Shown: positions 12,359 to 24,985, counted from the whole stretch's first letter. The stretch: 61,270 bases of DNA, filler included, from Jimgerdemannia flammicorona (GCA_003990765.1; 3 parts of 3 records of this genome joined end to end with filler, not necessarily neighbours in it), one strand, 5' to 3'. Numbers and translations: made by a program. The notes: generated by a model from the sequence alone, not told the origin.

Positions 12359-14618
12359 CACACCTTTCACCAGTAATATTCAGGTGACACAAGACTCAGA
12401 CAACACTTCTTACAATGTTTTTGGTAATTGACAACTATCAATATGGATGGCAATGATCAAACTGGTGAGCATGCTGACCAGAGGGGTGGTGGTGCCTTTG
12501 GCTGGCAGCAAGTAGGGAGGAGGGAAGATGGTTTGGGGATACCAGGGGCCTCTATGGCTGGCCGAGGCACTGGTGGTGGAGGGAGGGGTAGTCTGAGGCA
12601 ATGAGAAGGGGAGAGGTCAACCTTTGTGAACAAGGTCAAGATGGAGAGAATGGTCTCTGGTCTGGATAGTTGGCTGGGCCTGGGGAAGGTATCGATGGCT
12701 GCTGCTGGGGGACAGGAAGGAGTGCCCAGGGGAGTGTCCAGTGGTAGGGGAGGGGGGGGAGTAGGGGCTGGAGATGTGACTGCTGATGGGGCTGTGACTG
12801 GAGATCTGGAAAAAAATCCAGATGTGATAGTGGTTGATGGTTCAGGACAGAGGATAGGTATAAGGCCCAGAGACCTGGCAGATAGAGTGACAGGCATGGT
12901 GTCAGCACTGTTACTCAAGAAATCAAGGTTGGAATTCACCATCACAATGTGTTTCAGGGGCTTGGTGGTGACTGCGAGGACAATCTTGGGGCTGGTGGCA
13001 CAGAAGGGAAAAGGGGCAGCATTGGTAAAGTTTTTGAAGGAGAAAGAAGAGCTTGAGGTGGGGTTTGAGGAAGAGGAAGCATTGCTGGCTACCATGAAGA
13101 AGAGGGTAACAGTGGGTGGGATTGTAGTCCCTATAGCCAGGTGCATGCACTGGGACCCCTGAGTGGTACAGTTGACAGTGCTGGATCTTCCTACAGTATT
13201 GAGGGAGAGGGCCAGAGAGCTGATTGTAGGGGCAGTCAAGAAGTATGGTGAGATTGTGGACATAGGGTTCAAGGTCTGGGAGGGTACAGAGCTCTGGACT
13301 GGTGATGTCAATGTTCAGGTGAGGCTGGCTGGAAAGGAGAATACAGGGAAGATAAGGGATTAGCTGGTGGCCCTGAAGTGGGGACCAGTGGAGTGCAAGG
13401 TCATGTGGGTGAAAGGGACTCAGGAAGAGGAGGAGGATTTGCTTGAGGCTCTGGAGGATCTGGCAGGTGCAGTTGAGAGGAGAAGATTGGCTTGAAAGGA
13501 GTTTGAAGCCAAGACAGTAGTGGAAGTAGTTGATGGGAAGAGGATTAGGATGAATCAGGGGACCTGGGAGAAGATGCAGGGGAGGAGAATCCAGAAGGAG
13601 CTACTGGTGAAGTTGGGTGGTGGTAGGGCTGGCAGCAGCAAAGGAGATGGGAGTGCAGAATTGCATACAAGTGCCTGGGTGGGGGAACATGAGACGGCCC
13701 AAGATGGGGCCCAGGATGGACCGAGGGAGGAGAGAGAGGGCAGTGTGGAGGCAGATGTGGAAATGAGTGATGGGGTTCACCCTCAGTATAGTGTCCCAAG
13801 TGGGGCAAGGGGTGAGGAGGAGTTGCTGGATATTCTGGATGAGGAGTGGGATGAGTCGGTAAGGAGGAGCACTTTGGTGGACCCAGAGATGGGGGGTGAT
13901 TGGGTTGTCCAGGATATAGCAGAGGCGGTGGATGAGGAGAAGTGGCTGTGGAAGACTCTGGAAGGGGTGGCAGTGGAGGAGCTGGGGGGAGAGGACTTCC
14001 AGGTTATGGAAGAGAGGTATTGGGAGGAATTCTTTGTAGTGAGGAGGTGCTACAAAAGGTGAGGAATGAGATCCTGGCGGTCCTCTTGAAATCAGTTGAA
14101 TATCAGGTCGATGATCAGAGAGAGGAGGAACTTAGAGAGATTGTGAATGATCAGGCGGCTTACTTGTGGAACTCAAGGAAGAGATTGGAGAAGTGGAGAG
14201 TGGTCTGCACAGACTATCAGTTAGAGATAGAGGTAGTGGATGGAGTGGAATGTCAGGAAATCTTGGAGGCATTGGATGTACAGACTGTTGTAGAGGGGGA
14301 CTTGGAAGTGGAGCAGTGCTTGGATCTGGCTGGGGATGAGATGAGCATAGAATACTAGGCTGGGGTCTCAAATCCAAACATTATTTATTATGAACAGTAC
14401 AACTAGAATATTCTCTTTGAATGTGAATAGGTTACAGGGGGCAGCTAGGAGGAAGTATATATTTGGATAGCTAAAGGGACTGGAGGTGGATCTCTTTTTA
14501 CTGCAGAATGTCCATTATGAGGTAGATGTGGACTTACAGGATTAGACTAAGGAATGGGGGGGGGCTGTGGTATGGATGGAGAGGGTGGGTATCCTTGTTC
14601 GAAAGGGGATGGGGGGGA
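12359..14618 (+). mobile_element. L1/Tx1-like LINE of the same family as 7509; ORF1 plus the start of ORF2, interrupted by the next LINE
   Basis: Colinear with 7509-9780. ORF2 ATG at 14390 (MNSTTRIFSLNVN). Similarity stops at ~14618. Confidence 0.9.
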
Positions 14619-14786
14619 CTTCTTTTGCTCAAACCATTCAGAGCGAGCTAAGCCACACGGACATCTTTTCGTGAAAAGCAACACGTTTTCAAGTTTTTAC
14701 TTTGTCTATACTGGTGTACAAGGTGTGGCAGGAGTCTAGTAACAGTTTACAGCAAGTTTCATCAAATTCCACAGAGTTTTCATCAA

Positions 14787-16631
14787 ATGGCGACCCAGGG
14801 TTCATCAAGCTCTGAGCACTTGGAGAGAAGGAGGCCTGGCCTGGGCCTCCCCAAGAGTTTTGCAGCAGCAGCTGGGACTGGTGCTGGAGCAGGAGGAGCA
14901 GGTGGTCAAGGAAGGCAGGCTGGTATCGAAAGTTGGCATACAGTGATGGGGGGCAGAAGGGCGGCTACTAGGCCCATGGGAGTAGGGCAGGGGGGATATA
15001 GTGTTGACAGGGGTAGAAGTCAGGTGACCAGCCAGGTGACTGGTCAGGTGACTGGTCAGGTGCCTGCCAGGGGCCAGGGGTCCGGAAGTGGTGCAGCTGG
15101 GACTGGCATTTCTGGGGCTGGGCCTGTGGCTGGGGTAACTGCTGAGATATCTGAGAATAAGAAGAAGGCTATGATGGTGGCAGGCTCTGGTGAACTGGTG
15201 GTGCACCCCTTCTTTCACAAGTCGGTGTTGACGTGGGCTATCTCAGCAAACTTTCTGGGGCTGGGGATGTCTACTAGAGAGGTCTTGTGGCTAGTGGGAG
15301 AGGAGGTTGCTGGGGCAGAGTCACTGAAGTTCATCCCATCAATGGAGGTGGTAGAGATAGGATTTGTGGAGGAGGAGGATATGGCGAAAGCCTTGGAGAA
15401 AGGGCTGGTCATCAAGAATATCAAGGTGGGTATGGTGAGGTGCCTGAGGTGGGACCTGTGTACCATACACCTGGTGATTGAGGGGCTGCTGATGTTGGGA
15501 AGACAGGAGACTAAAGGGATTATAGCAGAGGCACTGGGGGGCTTCGGCGAGATGGTTGACTTTGGGTTCATGTTCTGGGAGGGGACTAAGCTGAGGAATA
15601 GCAACTGCAAGGTAATGATGAGGCTGGAAGGCAAGGAGGCTATAGGGCTAGGGAGGGACTGGCCAGAGGTGATCTGTGTCGAAGGGCAGGAGTGCAAAGT
15701 GTGGAGAAGGAAGGGCTTGGAACAGGAGGAGGAGGAACTGCTAATTGCCCTAGAGGAGAGGGAGGTGGCAAAGGAAGTGTGGAAGAGGAGATGGGAGGAG
15801 TTTGCCAAGGACTGAATCTGGATTCCGATGGATGGGAGGAGGAAGAAGTGGAGGAGGGCAAACTGGGAGTGCTTACAGACAGTCCTCCAGGGCTCAAAAG
15901 TGGAGGAAGAAGAAAGGGCAGAGATGGCCAAGAGTCAGATGGAAGAGGTAGAGACAGCTTAGGTGTCCTATTCACAACTGGGGCAAGTAGAGGACTCGGC
16001 TCATGTGCCAGTAAAGGGGAAGTGGGCTGATAAGGAGGAGACGAATGTAGGGGGTTTTGAGGAGGTTGTCGAGGTGGTGCCAGAGACTCAGTTGGAGGAT
16101 GTTCAGATGGCAGGAGCAGCAAATGTTCATTGGGAATGTCCAGAGACCAGCGAAGTGGTGAGGCTGGAGAAGGGTATGGAGGAAGATAACCTAGTGAATA
16201 TGGCCTCTGATGTGTCGGTGGACAGAGAGATGTTACAGGAGCTGAGCAGGACCCCAAGGCCTGCCACCCCTGGGCCCTTGGTGATGATGGCTGATGATTG
16301 GTATCAGGCAGTACTCGAGGAACTGGCAGAGGAGGATATCAAGGAAGTGGATGTATTTAATGGATCTCAAGAGGCCTGGAAAGGGTTCCTCAATATAGCA
16401 TTACAGGGACCAAAGTTGGTGACAGCGATGGTGGCAGCACTTCTGGATGATGAAGGATATGAGATAGATGAGGACCATATGGCTGACATCAGGAAGGTGG
16501 CATCCAAGCAAGTGAATATATTCTGCAGTGGAGCAAATGGAGCCCGTATCTGGAGGGCAATCTGTGAGGAACAGAAGGCGATTATCTGTGGTCAGGCAGA
16601 GAAGGTGGTGGCGATTTCAGTGGAGCTTTAA
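14787..16631 (+). pseudogene. LINE ORF1: Gly-rich N-terminus, RRM-like middle, acidic C-terminus
   Basis: ORF track 14787..15815 and 15963..16631 share a frame, separated by stops compatible with C->T. Homologous to ORF1 of the neighbouring LINEs. Confidence 0.8.
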
Positions 16632-16646
16632 ACATTTTTATTTATA

Positions 16647-19600
16647 ATGATGAACAGTCTACATATCTTATCATTAAATGTCAATGGTTTGTATGATGGA
16701 GTGAAGTGAAGGCATCTATTTCATTGGCTGAAGGTCAGAAGATATGATGTTGTATTGCTACAGAACATTCGGGCATATGGGGAGCAAGATTATGAAGATT
16801 GGAGTAGGGAATGGTATGGAAGTACTGGTTGGAACGAGCAGGTGGGCATTTTGGTTGGCTTGGGGAGAGGTGAGCTGATGGAAGTTGCAGCATATGGTGA
16901 TTGATTGGTCTGAGGGAGGTTGAAAGGTGGAGCTGGAGATGGACTAGTGGTCGGCTCCGCTTATCTGCCAGTGGTTGGCAGAGAGCAGAACCAATGGGTG
17001 GAAGGCTGGTCGGCTTAGGGAGACAGAGAGGAGGTGGGGCTGGACATTCTAGGGAGGGACTTTAACATGGTACGTGATAGAACATTAGATAGATCTGATG
17101 GTAGAGTTGGTGTGGCTGTATCTACCGGGCTCTTACGGTGGCTCCAGGTAGAGAGGGATATGGGATTGGTTGATGGGGTTCAACAGCATCAAGGGGAAAG
17201 GCCAGGGCCATTCACTAGGTGGCACCTAGTTGGCAAGAACTTGGTTGGAATGAGGATTGATTGGATTCTGGTGGCAGAATGCTGGGGCAATGTATTGGAT
17301 TCAACAGGAGTATGGTGGTGTCCTTGGTCAGATTACTGGGGAGTTGAGGTGTGTGGGAGATTCCAGACAGTCAGTAGAGGTGGGGGTAGATGGTGACTCA
17401 ATATGGCACTACTCAAAAGGCAGGTGGAAAGGGACCAATTTGTGGAAATTGCAAGGCAGGAAGTGGCACAGTGGAAAGACAGTGGACAGTCAATAGTACA
17501 GTGGTGGGGGAAATTCAAACATTTGGCAGGTGCTTACTGGTGGGATGTGGGAGAGGTAGCTGGAAGGGAGCAGAAGGATAGAGAAAGGAGAGTTGAACAG
17601 GGGCTACATTGGCAGCTGAAATCCCTGGAGGGAGAGAATTTATCTAGAGAGAGACACTCCCAGTTGGCTAAGGAGGTGGCTGAATTGTGGCTAGATTTGA
17701 AGGCAGCAGAAGATAGGGTGGTAGATAGGCTACTGGCGAGGTTGTGGGCAAGGCGGTTGGAGGAAGGAGAGCGACCTACTAAGTATTTGTCCAGAATATT
17801 GAAGGCCAGAAGAGTGTGGCACAGCTGGGCTTCAGTGTTGCAGAAGGATGGTGTTGAGGTTACTGGTATTACTGATATGCTTGGAGAGATCTCGGGGCAA
17901 TGGCGTGCTCTATGGCAAGATGGAGGAGGTCTGGTGGAGGGAGTGTCTCTACTAGAGGATAATGACAATCTTGTTAGCAGCTGGCCAGTGGTGGCAGTGC
18001 CTGAGATAGGTGGGGTGGTAATGAGTAGGGTGGCCCTTGAAGAGGTTTTGGAGGTACTGCGGAAAGTGCAGGCTGGCTCATCACCAGGAGAGGATGGGCT
18101 GCCTTGGGAGTTCTGGAAGGAATTCCAAGTCGAGTTTGGGGGATGGCTTGTTGAAATGGCAAACTTTGTGATAGGTGAAGGCTGCTGGGTTGGCAATGGC
18201 TCCTTAGGGTTAGTCTCTCTGCTCTACAAGGAGAAAGGGGATTGCCGTGTGTGGCAGAACTGGTGGCCCATTATGGTACTGAATGTAGATAGGAAGTTGA
18301 TATCCAAGATCCTGGCTAGGAGGATGCAACATTGGATTGGCCAATTGGTGGGTAAAGAACAGCAAGAATTTGTGAAGGGGAGACAGATCCAAGACAGCAC
18401 AGCCTGGGTGCAAAATGTATTAGAGGGCTGTCGAAGCTAGCAAGTGGATGGGAGAATAGTGTTCTTGGATCAGGAAAAAGCATATGATAGAGTGAGGTGG
18501 GACTATCTGGAGGCAGTTCTGCGAAAGACAGGATTCAGTATAGTGGAGGCTTGAAAACTGATGGGCCTGGTGCAAAGCTGTCAGGCTGTGGTCCTAATGA
18601 ATGGGTGGAGTGGCCCAGAGTTTGTCTTGGGGAGAGACATGCCACAGAGGGATCCTCTCTCACCCCTACTCTACATCCTATCCTTGGAGCCTCTGTTGAC
18701 ATGGTGAGAGGAAGGCTCACCAGGCTGAAGATGGGGGAGGTGGTCTGGAAGCTGGGGGCCTTCGCTGATGATATGGTGGTAGGGTTAGGCTGTATGGTGG
18801 ATGTAACAAGACTGCAGGAAGGAGTGAGGCAGTATGAGAGGCTGGCAGGGGTGAAGCTGAATTGGGGCAAGTATGAGACTATGGAGCTGGGAGCTGGTTT
18901 GGGAGAATATGGACATCTTGGTCAACTGGTCCATACAGAAGAGGCAGTCCGATATCTGGGTGTCTGGTTCTCAGTATATGGAACAGTTTGCCAAAGGAGT
19001 GGTGGAGTGGAATGATACAGAAGTGGGAGAATGCCTTGGTAGGCTGGTCAGGGAGGGGCTTCTCCTTGGTGGAGAGGATTGTAGTTCTGAATGTATATTG
19101 GCTACTGAAGCTGTGGTATTTGGGATATCATTTGGACTTTCCCAGTTGGGTGGTACAGAAACTGAAGAAGGTAGTGGAAGGATGGCTGTGGCAAGGAAGA
19201 AGACCACAGATTAGTTGGGAGACAGTAGTGATGCATACAGTAGATGGTGGATTGGGGCTGGTGGATTTTAGGAGGCAGCTGGAGGTGCTTCAGGTTTGGT
19301 GGGGCTGTCGATTGGCTGAATTAGAAGTGGATAGTTGGGGCAAACTGGCTATGGACAATTGGGAAGTCAGGTTTTGCCCCCATGGTAAGGTTCGAAAGGA
19401 TATACGTGGGTTGCTACAGATTGGAAGGGTTAGCAGATTGCAGTACTGGGGGTTCTGGTGGGGCATTGTAGAAGCTTGGCTGGCAATGAGCCTCACAGGT
19501 CCGGAGCCGGATAAAGAGGAGGATATGGAATAGAGATGGTGGCGACTTGGCAATATTTGTATTGGTGGCCACTGGTTGGCAGAATACTCTCTGTCTGGGG

Positions 19601-20265
19601 CAATGGAATGGATCTGGATGGGTCCACTTGAGAGATGGCCAGTTGGTTGGCAGAAGGCTGGATTTGGAGAAGATTGGGAGTGGGGCCCGGTTTGGGAATG
19701 GGGGACCTCATTGCTCAAGGTTATACTACCTAAGTTCTGGGTGGTATGGGTGGAGGAATGTCATGCTGGGGTACAGGATAGGGTGGATGGAGGCTGAAGG
19801 TGTGAGGGTATGCAAGTAGTATTGTGAGCTAGATGGGAGTGTGGTGCAGACACCGGAGCATGTTGTGGCAGTATGCCCAGGGGTGGAGGGATTTTGGCAG
19901 ACATTGGAAAGCTACTGGAGTGGCAAAAGTGAGCATGCAGGGGGCCCCACTAGTCGGGTGGTCAAGCGGCAACTGGTGGGCGAGATTGGGGACATTTGGG
20001 GGGGCCTAGGCCGGATTATTGGCATCTGGGTCCTGATGGTGATACACTGGCGATGGGTGTTCGAGAAGGATCCTTGGATGGGGATTGGCAAATTGGTGGA
20101 GTGGTGGAAAGGGTTGCTTCTGGAAGTGGTACAAGGGTGGTAGTATCAGGGGAAGAGGTACCAGTTGGGAGCCATGAGGAAGGTACTAGACATTGTCTGG
20201 AAAAGTCAAGAGCACCTAGTACTTAGTGAGAAGGGGGTGCAGTGGAAAGAAGGAGTTGGCTGATA
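16647..20265 (+). pseudogene. LINE ORF2: AP-type endonuclease, reverse transcriptase, C-terminal Cys/His motif
   Basis: ILSLNVNGL, DVVLLQ, RDFN, IDWIL, SSPGEDG, NWWPIMVLNVDRKL, DQEKAYDRV, DPLSP, FADD, YLGV, C..C..TPEHVVAVCP; several stops and frameshifts. Confidence 0.9.
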
Positions 20266-20360
20266 GGCCCTTCTTTATATATATATTTATAGTAGTTATC
20301 AGATAGGGTCTTGTTTATTAGATAGTTCCGTAATAAAGGAGTCCAAGTGACTATAAAAAA

Positions 20361-20460
20361 NNNNNNNNNNNNNNNNNNNNNNNNNNNNNNNNNNNNNNNN
20401 NNNNTTAATTAATTAANNNNNNNNNNNNNNNNNNNNNNNNNNNNNNNNNNNNNNNNNNNN
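20361..20460. other. Assembly gap with artificial six-frame stop spacer
   Basis: N-run containing TTAATTAATTAA at 20405-20416. Confidence 0.95.
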
Positions 20461-20885
20461 TTACCAGTCAGGGTCAAGGGTAGAGGGCCAATTACATCCA
20501 TTGCTATATGGGCAAATGGTACTGGTTCTATGTGTGCTGATCCTGGGGCTTGATTCCATTGGTCTTGTTTCTGTTTCTGGCATTTGTCGCATGTTTTGAC
20601 GAATTGTCTGATGTCTTCCTCCATTCCTGGCCAACATATTGTTCTTCTTGCCTTATCATATGTATTCGTTCCTCCTAGATGGCCAAGTTCATGTACTGAT
20701 TTCATCGCTTGCTCCTTCTTGTGTTCTGGTATGACCAGTAGTTTTCCTTTCTTCAGTGTTTCTCCATCGGTTTCGAATTGTTTCCATGTCCTGTTGATAA
20801 TTGTTTGTGTCCATTCTTCCAGATGTTGGGGCATCTTTCGCTGTCCCAGGTATGTGATGATCCTGTAGTAGAGCTCCTTATTCAT
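20461..20885 (-). CDS. Integrase N-terminus as a separate ORF (truncated by the gap)
   Basis: ATG at 20885: MNKELYY..HELGHLG..WPGM..CDKCQ..PFAHIAMDVIGPLP. Different frame from RNase H. Confidence 0.85.
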
Positions 20886-23800
20886 GATTGATTTGTTGGT
20901 TGGAGGTGGTTCGAGGTGTCTGTGAGAGAGCATCTGTATTGGAATTTGTTCTTCCAGGGCAGTGCACGATGGTTACATCATAGGCTTGTAACTTCATTAT
21001 CCATCTGGCATAGATTCCCTTGGGTTGTCCAGTTGTCAGTAGCCAGGTGAGAGCTGAGTGGTCTGTCTGGATGGTGAAGTGTCTTCCGGCCAGATAGTAG
21101 TGGAACTTTTCCACAGCCCAGATGACTGCAAGGCATTCCAACTTGTAGGACTCATATTCTTTTTCAGCTCCTCGGGTTCCGCAGCTAAGATATGTAATGA
21201 CATACTCTTTTTTGTCTTCTTTTTGAGCTAGGACTGCTCCTAGTCCTTGTGCGCTTGCATCCGTCTGAAGGATAAATTCTTGAGTCCAATTGGGTCATCT
21301 GAGGATGAGTGCCTGAGTTAGTCTGATCTTGAGTTCATCAAATGCTTTTTGTTGTATGCCAGTCCACTGGAACTTGGTATCCTTCTTGTTGAGTTCGTAG
21401 ATTGGGCCTGCAATGTTGGAGAATCCTCTAATGAATCTGTGATAGTAGGAGGCAAGTCCCATGAAGGCTTGGGTTTCCGTGACAGTAGTGGGCCTTGGGT
21501 ATGCTGCTACCACTTGTATTTTGAGGGGGTCCGTGTGTGTTCCATCTCGATTGATGATATGGCCAAGATAGGAGATCTCGATTTCTGCAAACTTGCACTT
21601 CTTGGGTTTGATATAAAGGCCATATTGTCTTAGTCTCTCCATTATCTACTGTATGTGCTGCAGATATTCCTCAGGTGTCTTGCTGTAGATAATTACATCA
21701 TCAACGTAGACCATCATCCATCTTCCCATGTCATAGTGGAAGATTTTGTTCATCATTTTCTGAAAGCTTGCTGGTGCATTGCACATTCCGAATGGCATTT
21801 GTAGGTAGATGTAGGTTCTGTCTGGGGTGATGAAGGCTGACTTTTCACTTGCCATTTCTGTGAGTCCGATTTGGTGGAATCCTGAGTATAAATCCAAGGT
21901 GCTGTAGTACTGTGCTTCGTCTCCCAGTGTTATAAGAATGTTGCTGATGAGCAGCAGTGGTTGGCGATCCTTCTTGGTGACTGCATTGAGCTTTCTGTAG
22001 TCAACACAGAGCCTTGGGGCAAATTCTCCAGGTTTGCTTCCTTTTTTCGGGGCTAGTACAACTGGTGAAGACCAGGGGCTGCTGGCTTCTTTGATGATAC
22101 TGGCTTCTTCCATCTGCTTGATTTCTTCTCTGAGCCATTCTCGGTAGGCTGGCGGGACAGGTCTTGCCTTCTGGTAAATTGGTTCAGTGTCTCCAGTATC
22201 TACCTCATGATAGTAGTGTGGGGTCTTTCCCTTGATATCCTTGAAATCCGTGGCAAGGACATTCTCGAATTTGTGGAGTATTTTCTTGAGTTCCTCCTTG
22301 AGTGGGAATTCATCTCCAATGGTATAACTGTGCTTGCTCGTGTTTTCCTCCTTCTTGTGCTTGAGTTCAGTGATCTTGGTGCTGGCAAATACTCCTCTTC
22401 CTGTGGATCCGAATCCTTTCTTTCCTCTTTTCGTTTCCTCCAGATTCTTGACTTCTATGATTCTTGGCTGTATGATTGGGAAGATCAACATCTGTGCCAA
22501 TCGGTCCTTCTTCTTGACTGGGAATGGAATTGTAGGATTGTGGTTCCTAGCAATGAGTAGAATTTCTCCAGTACAGTCTGAATCAATGACTCCTCCTTCG
22601 ATTGTGATTTCGCTTCTAGCCAGACTGCTTCTTGTCTTGAGAATCCTGACATAATCCTTTGGGATGGTCATCTCTAGTCCAGTTGCAAGTAGGGTGGTTA
22701 TCTGGGGTTCGAGTACAGTTTCTTCTACTGTAGTGATGTCCATTCCGGCTGCATTTTCTGACTTGTATTCTGGCAAGACTGCATTGGGGTGGATCCTTCG
22801 AATCTTGACCTTGATTTCTTCTTCATCATCGCTGTCCTCCAGGAGGGCTGGTGGTTCATCATCTTCCTCCTTCCCTTCTTCCCTGATCTGTTTTTCGAGA
22901 GCTTTCTGGCTTCTTTTCTGGTAGATCTTCCTGGTTCCGATAGTGCACTGGTAGCAATCATTGACATGCTCCATACAGTACATCTTGATTCCATGAGGAC
23001 AGACTCCTTGTAGGGCATAGCCTTCTGCAATCTTCTTGCACCATTCTTCTTCACTCATCCATCCGACTTTCTTCTTCTTTAGAGTAGTTACCATATAAGC
23101 TTCCTCTTGCTCGCTCTCTTCTTCCTCCATATTGGGCAGGACTCCTTTGTTGACATTGATGGGAATTCGTATCTTCTGTCCCTGGTAGGTGATTTGCATC
23201 TTCTGGACATTAAGATCGATTACTGCCTTGGCTTTGTGAAGCCATTGATTGCCAATGAGGATGTCATAGTTGGTGGCATTGGTTATGATTACATCTACTG
23301 GGATTGTTACTTCTCCGATCTTGATGGGAACATCTTGGATCTATCCCAGAGGTGTGGCTCTTGTGCCATTGGCTGTGATGAATACTAGCTTGGTTGCTTC
23401 TTCCACATCCCAACCTAGGCAGTCTGCTGCCTTCTTACTGAGGAGACATCCTCCTGCTCCTGTGTCAATGATGGCTTCAAAGACTCGATCCTCAATTTGG
23501 CATGTTGCATAAGCAGAGATTTTGCGATTGTCCTCACTTTCTTCTCCTGAGTCCTCTTGAACATTATTGGCCTCAGTTATCTTCCATCCTTGTTCCTTGG
23601 TTGTTTCAGCAAGTCCAAACCTCATTTGCTGTCTAAATGTTGGGATTTCTGCGAGCTGACCAAAGGTTGCATTGACCTTTTGTTGGCTGAGATCCTTGAA
23701 GATAACATACTTGAAGGTCTTGGTCTTGCAAAGCTTCTTTTCTTTTTCTCCTTCACTGGCTGGAGTGGTTTCTCGGATGATATCTTGAACTGCTTGCTCC

Positions 23801-24929
23801 AGCTCAATATCCTGGTCCATCTCTTCGGCTTGACTTTCCATGGCAGTTTCCATCTGCTTTTCCACTGGGTTCTTCTTGGGTCTTTCTGGCGGTCTCTTGT
23901 AGGGTTCTTTGCGAACATCCTTCTTAGTGGTCTGAGCAGGATAGGCCTCCCATTCCTCTTCATCGGATTCTCCGATTTCTTCGAAGGTGATTATATTGGC
24001 CTGCTCCTTGTTTCATATGGCATTGCTTGGTTGAGCCTTGTGTTTGGTTTCACTCATACATTCATAGGAGTAGTGGCCTTCTTCTCTGCAGCTGTAGCAG
24101 GTACCTTTCTTCTTATCTGAGGTGGCGGCAAACTTCTGAACAGAGTGGCAATCTCTTCCTTGGATTTCCTTTACCACATCTCCCAGGTGGGCAGTCATTT
24201 CAGCAAACCTTTTGGCAAGTTCCTCCATAGGGTCACTGTTCTTTTGCTGCTCTGTAGCTTTTGGCTGAGGTGTGTTTCGATTGATCATTGTGGTGGGGAT
24301 CACACTGGTTGCCTTGGGTGCCTCGATTCTGACTTCTGTAACTCTTTCCATTATATGGTCTTGTGGGTGTCTGGCTATCTAGTATCGCTGAGCATAGGTG
24401 ACCCTCTGTGGCAGATCCAGAATCACTGGTGATGAGCAAAATGGCCATGGCTATTTCTGGATAGACTCCTTTCATGAAGGTTGCTTCAGCTACTTGATCT
24501 CGGGTAGTAGCAGCATAATCTACAAGGATTATCTGATATCGAATTCTGGTATAAAATGTGTTTGGATCCTCACTCATTCCTTGGTACGTTGTGTTGAGCT
24601 GATCCTTCAGGGCTTGCTTGATCTTGTCTGTATAATATGTATTTCAGAGCCAGGTCTTCTGTACTGTCAGTACAGCATCGGCATTATTTCCTGCATGGGT
24701 TGTGGCTGTGAATGCTGCTCTGGTAGGGCCTCATAGGCTGAAGGGCATGAGGGCTACTTGCTGTGCTGCTGTCAGGGTCCTTACAGCAGCATACTGCTCG
24801 AAATCGTCAATAAAGGTGATGATTGATTCATCTGAGGTATATCCATGGAATACTGGTGGTCTCATATCCATCTTATCTGGGTATTGGGGCTCAGTTTGTA
24901 TGGTTGTTCAGGTGGTGGCAGTTGTTCAT
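20878..24929 (-). pseudogene. Gag-protease-dUTPase-RT-RNase H polyprotein in a single frame
   Basis: ORF-track segments starting at 24351, 23865, 23199, 21642 and 21141 are all in one frame, broken by point stops. One small frameshift in early gag. Confidence 0.88.
22400..22812 (-). CDS. dut: Trimeric-type dUTPase domain within the polyprotein
   Basis: All five motifs: AGMD, RSSLA, GVIDSD(C/Y)TGEI, DRLAQML, RGKKGFGSTG. Confidence 0.95.
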
Positions 24930-24985
24930 TGTTCAGCTTGAAAGTGAGGGATTCATCTTGAATCACCAGCCAATGGGCACCAAGT

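Larger units (their letters stand above)
14619..20360 (+). mobile_element. Full-length L1/Tx1-like LINE (5' UTR, ORF1, ORF2, start of poly(A))
   Basis: Distinct 5' UTR; ORF1 14787-16631; ORF2 16647-~20265; AT-rich 3' UTR with aataaa and an A-run abutting the gap. Confidence 0.92.

Noticed and set aside
7515..19718. Many Pro/Ser-rich minus-strand ORFs
   Set aside because: Antisense shadows of the G-rich LINE coding strand.
1..20360. Telomeric retrotransposon array (HeT-A/TART-like)
   Set aside because: Elements here have intact 5' ends and interrupted 3' parts, which fits nesting rather than end-addition. No telomeric repeats are seen.
20405..20416. TTAATTAATTAA palindrome within N-runs (also 40863-40874)
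   Set aside because: Artificial contig-joining spacer. Adjacency across the gaps is therefore not reliable.
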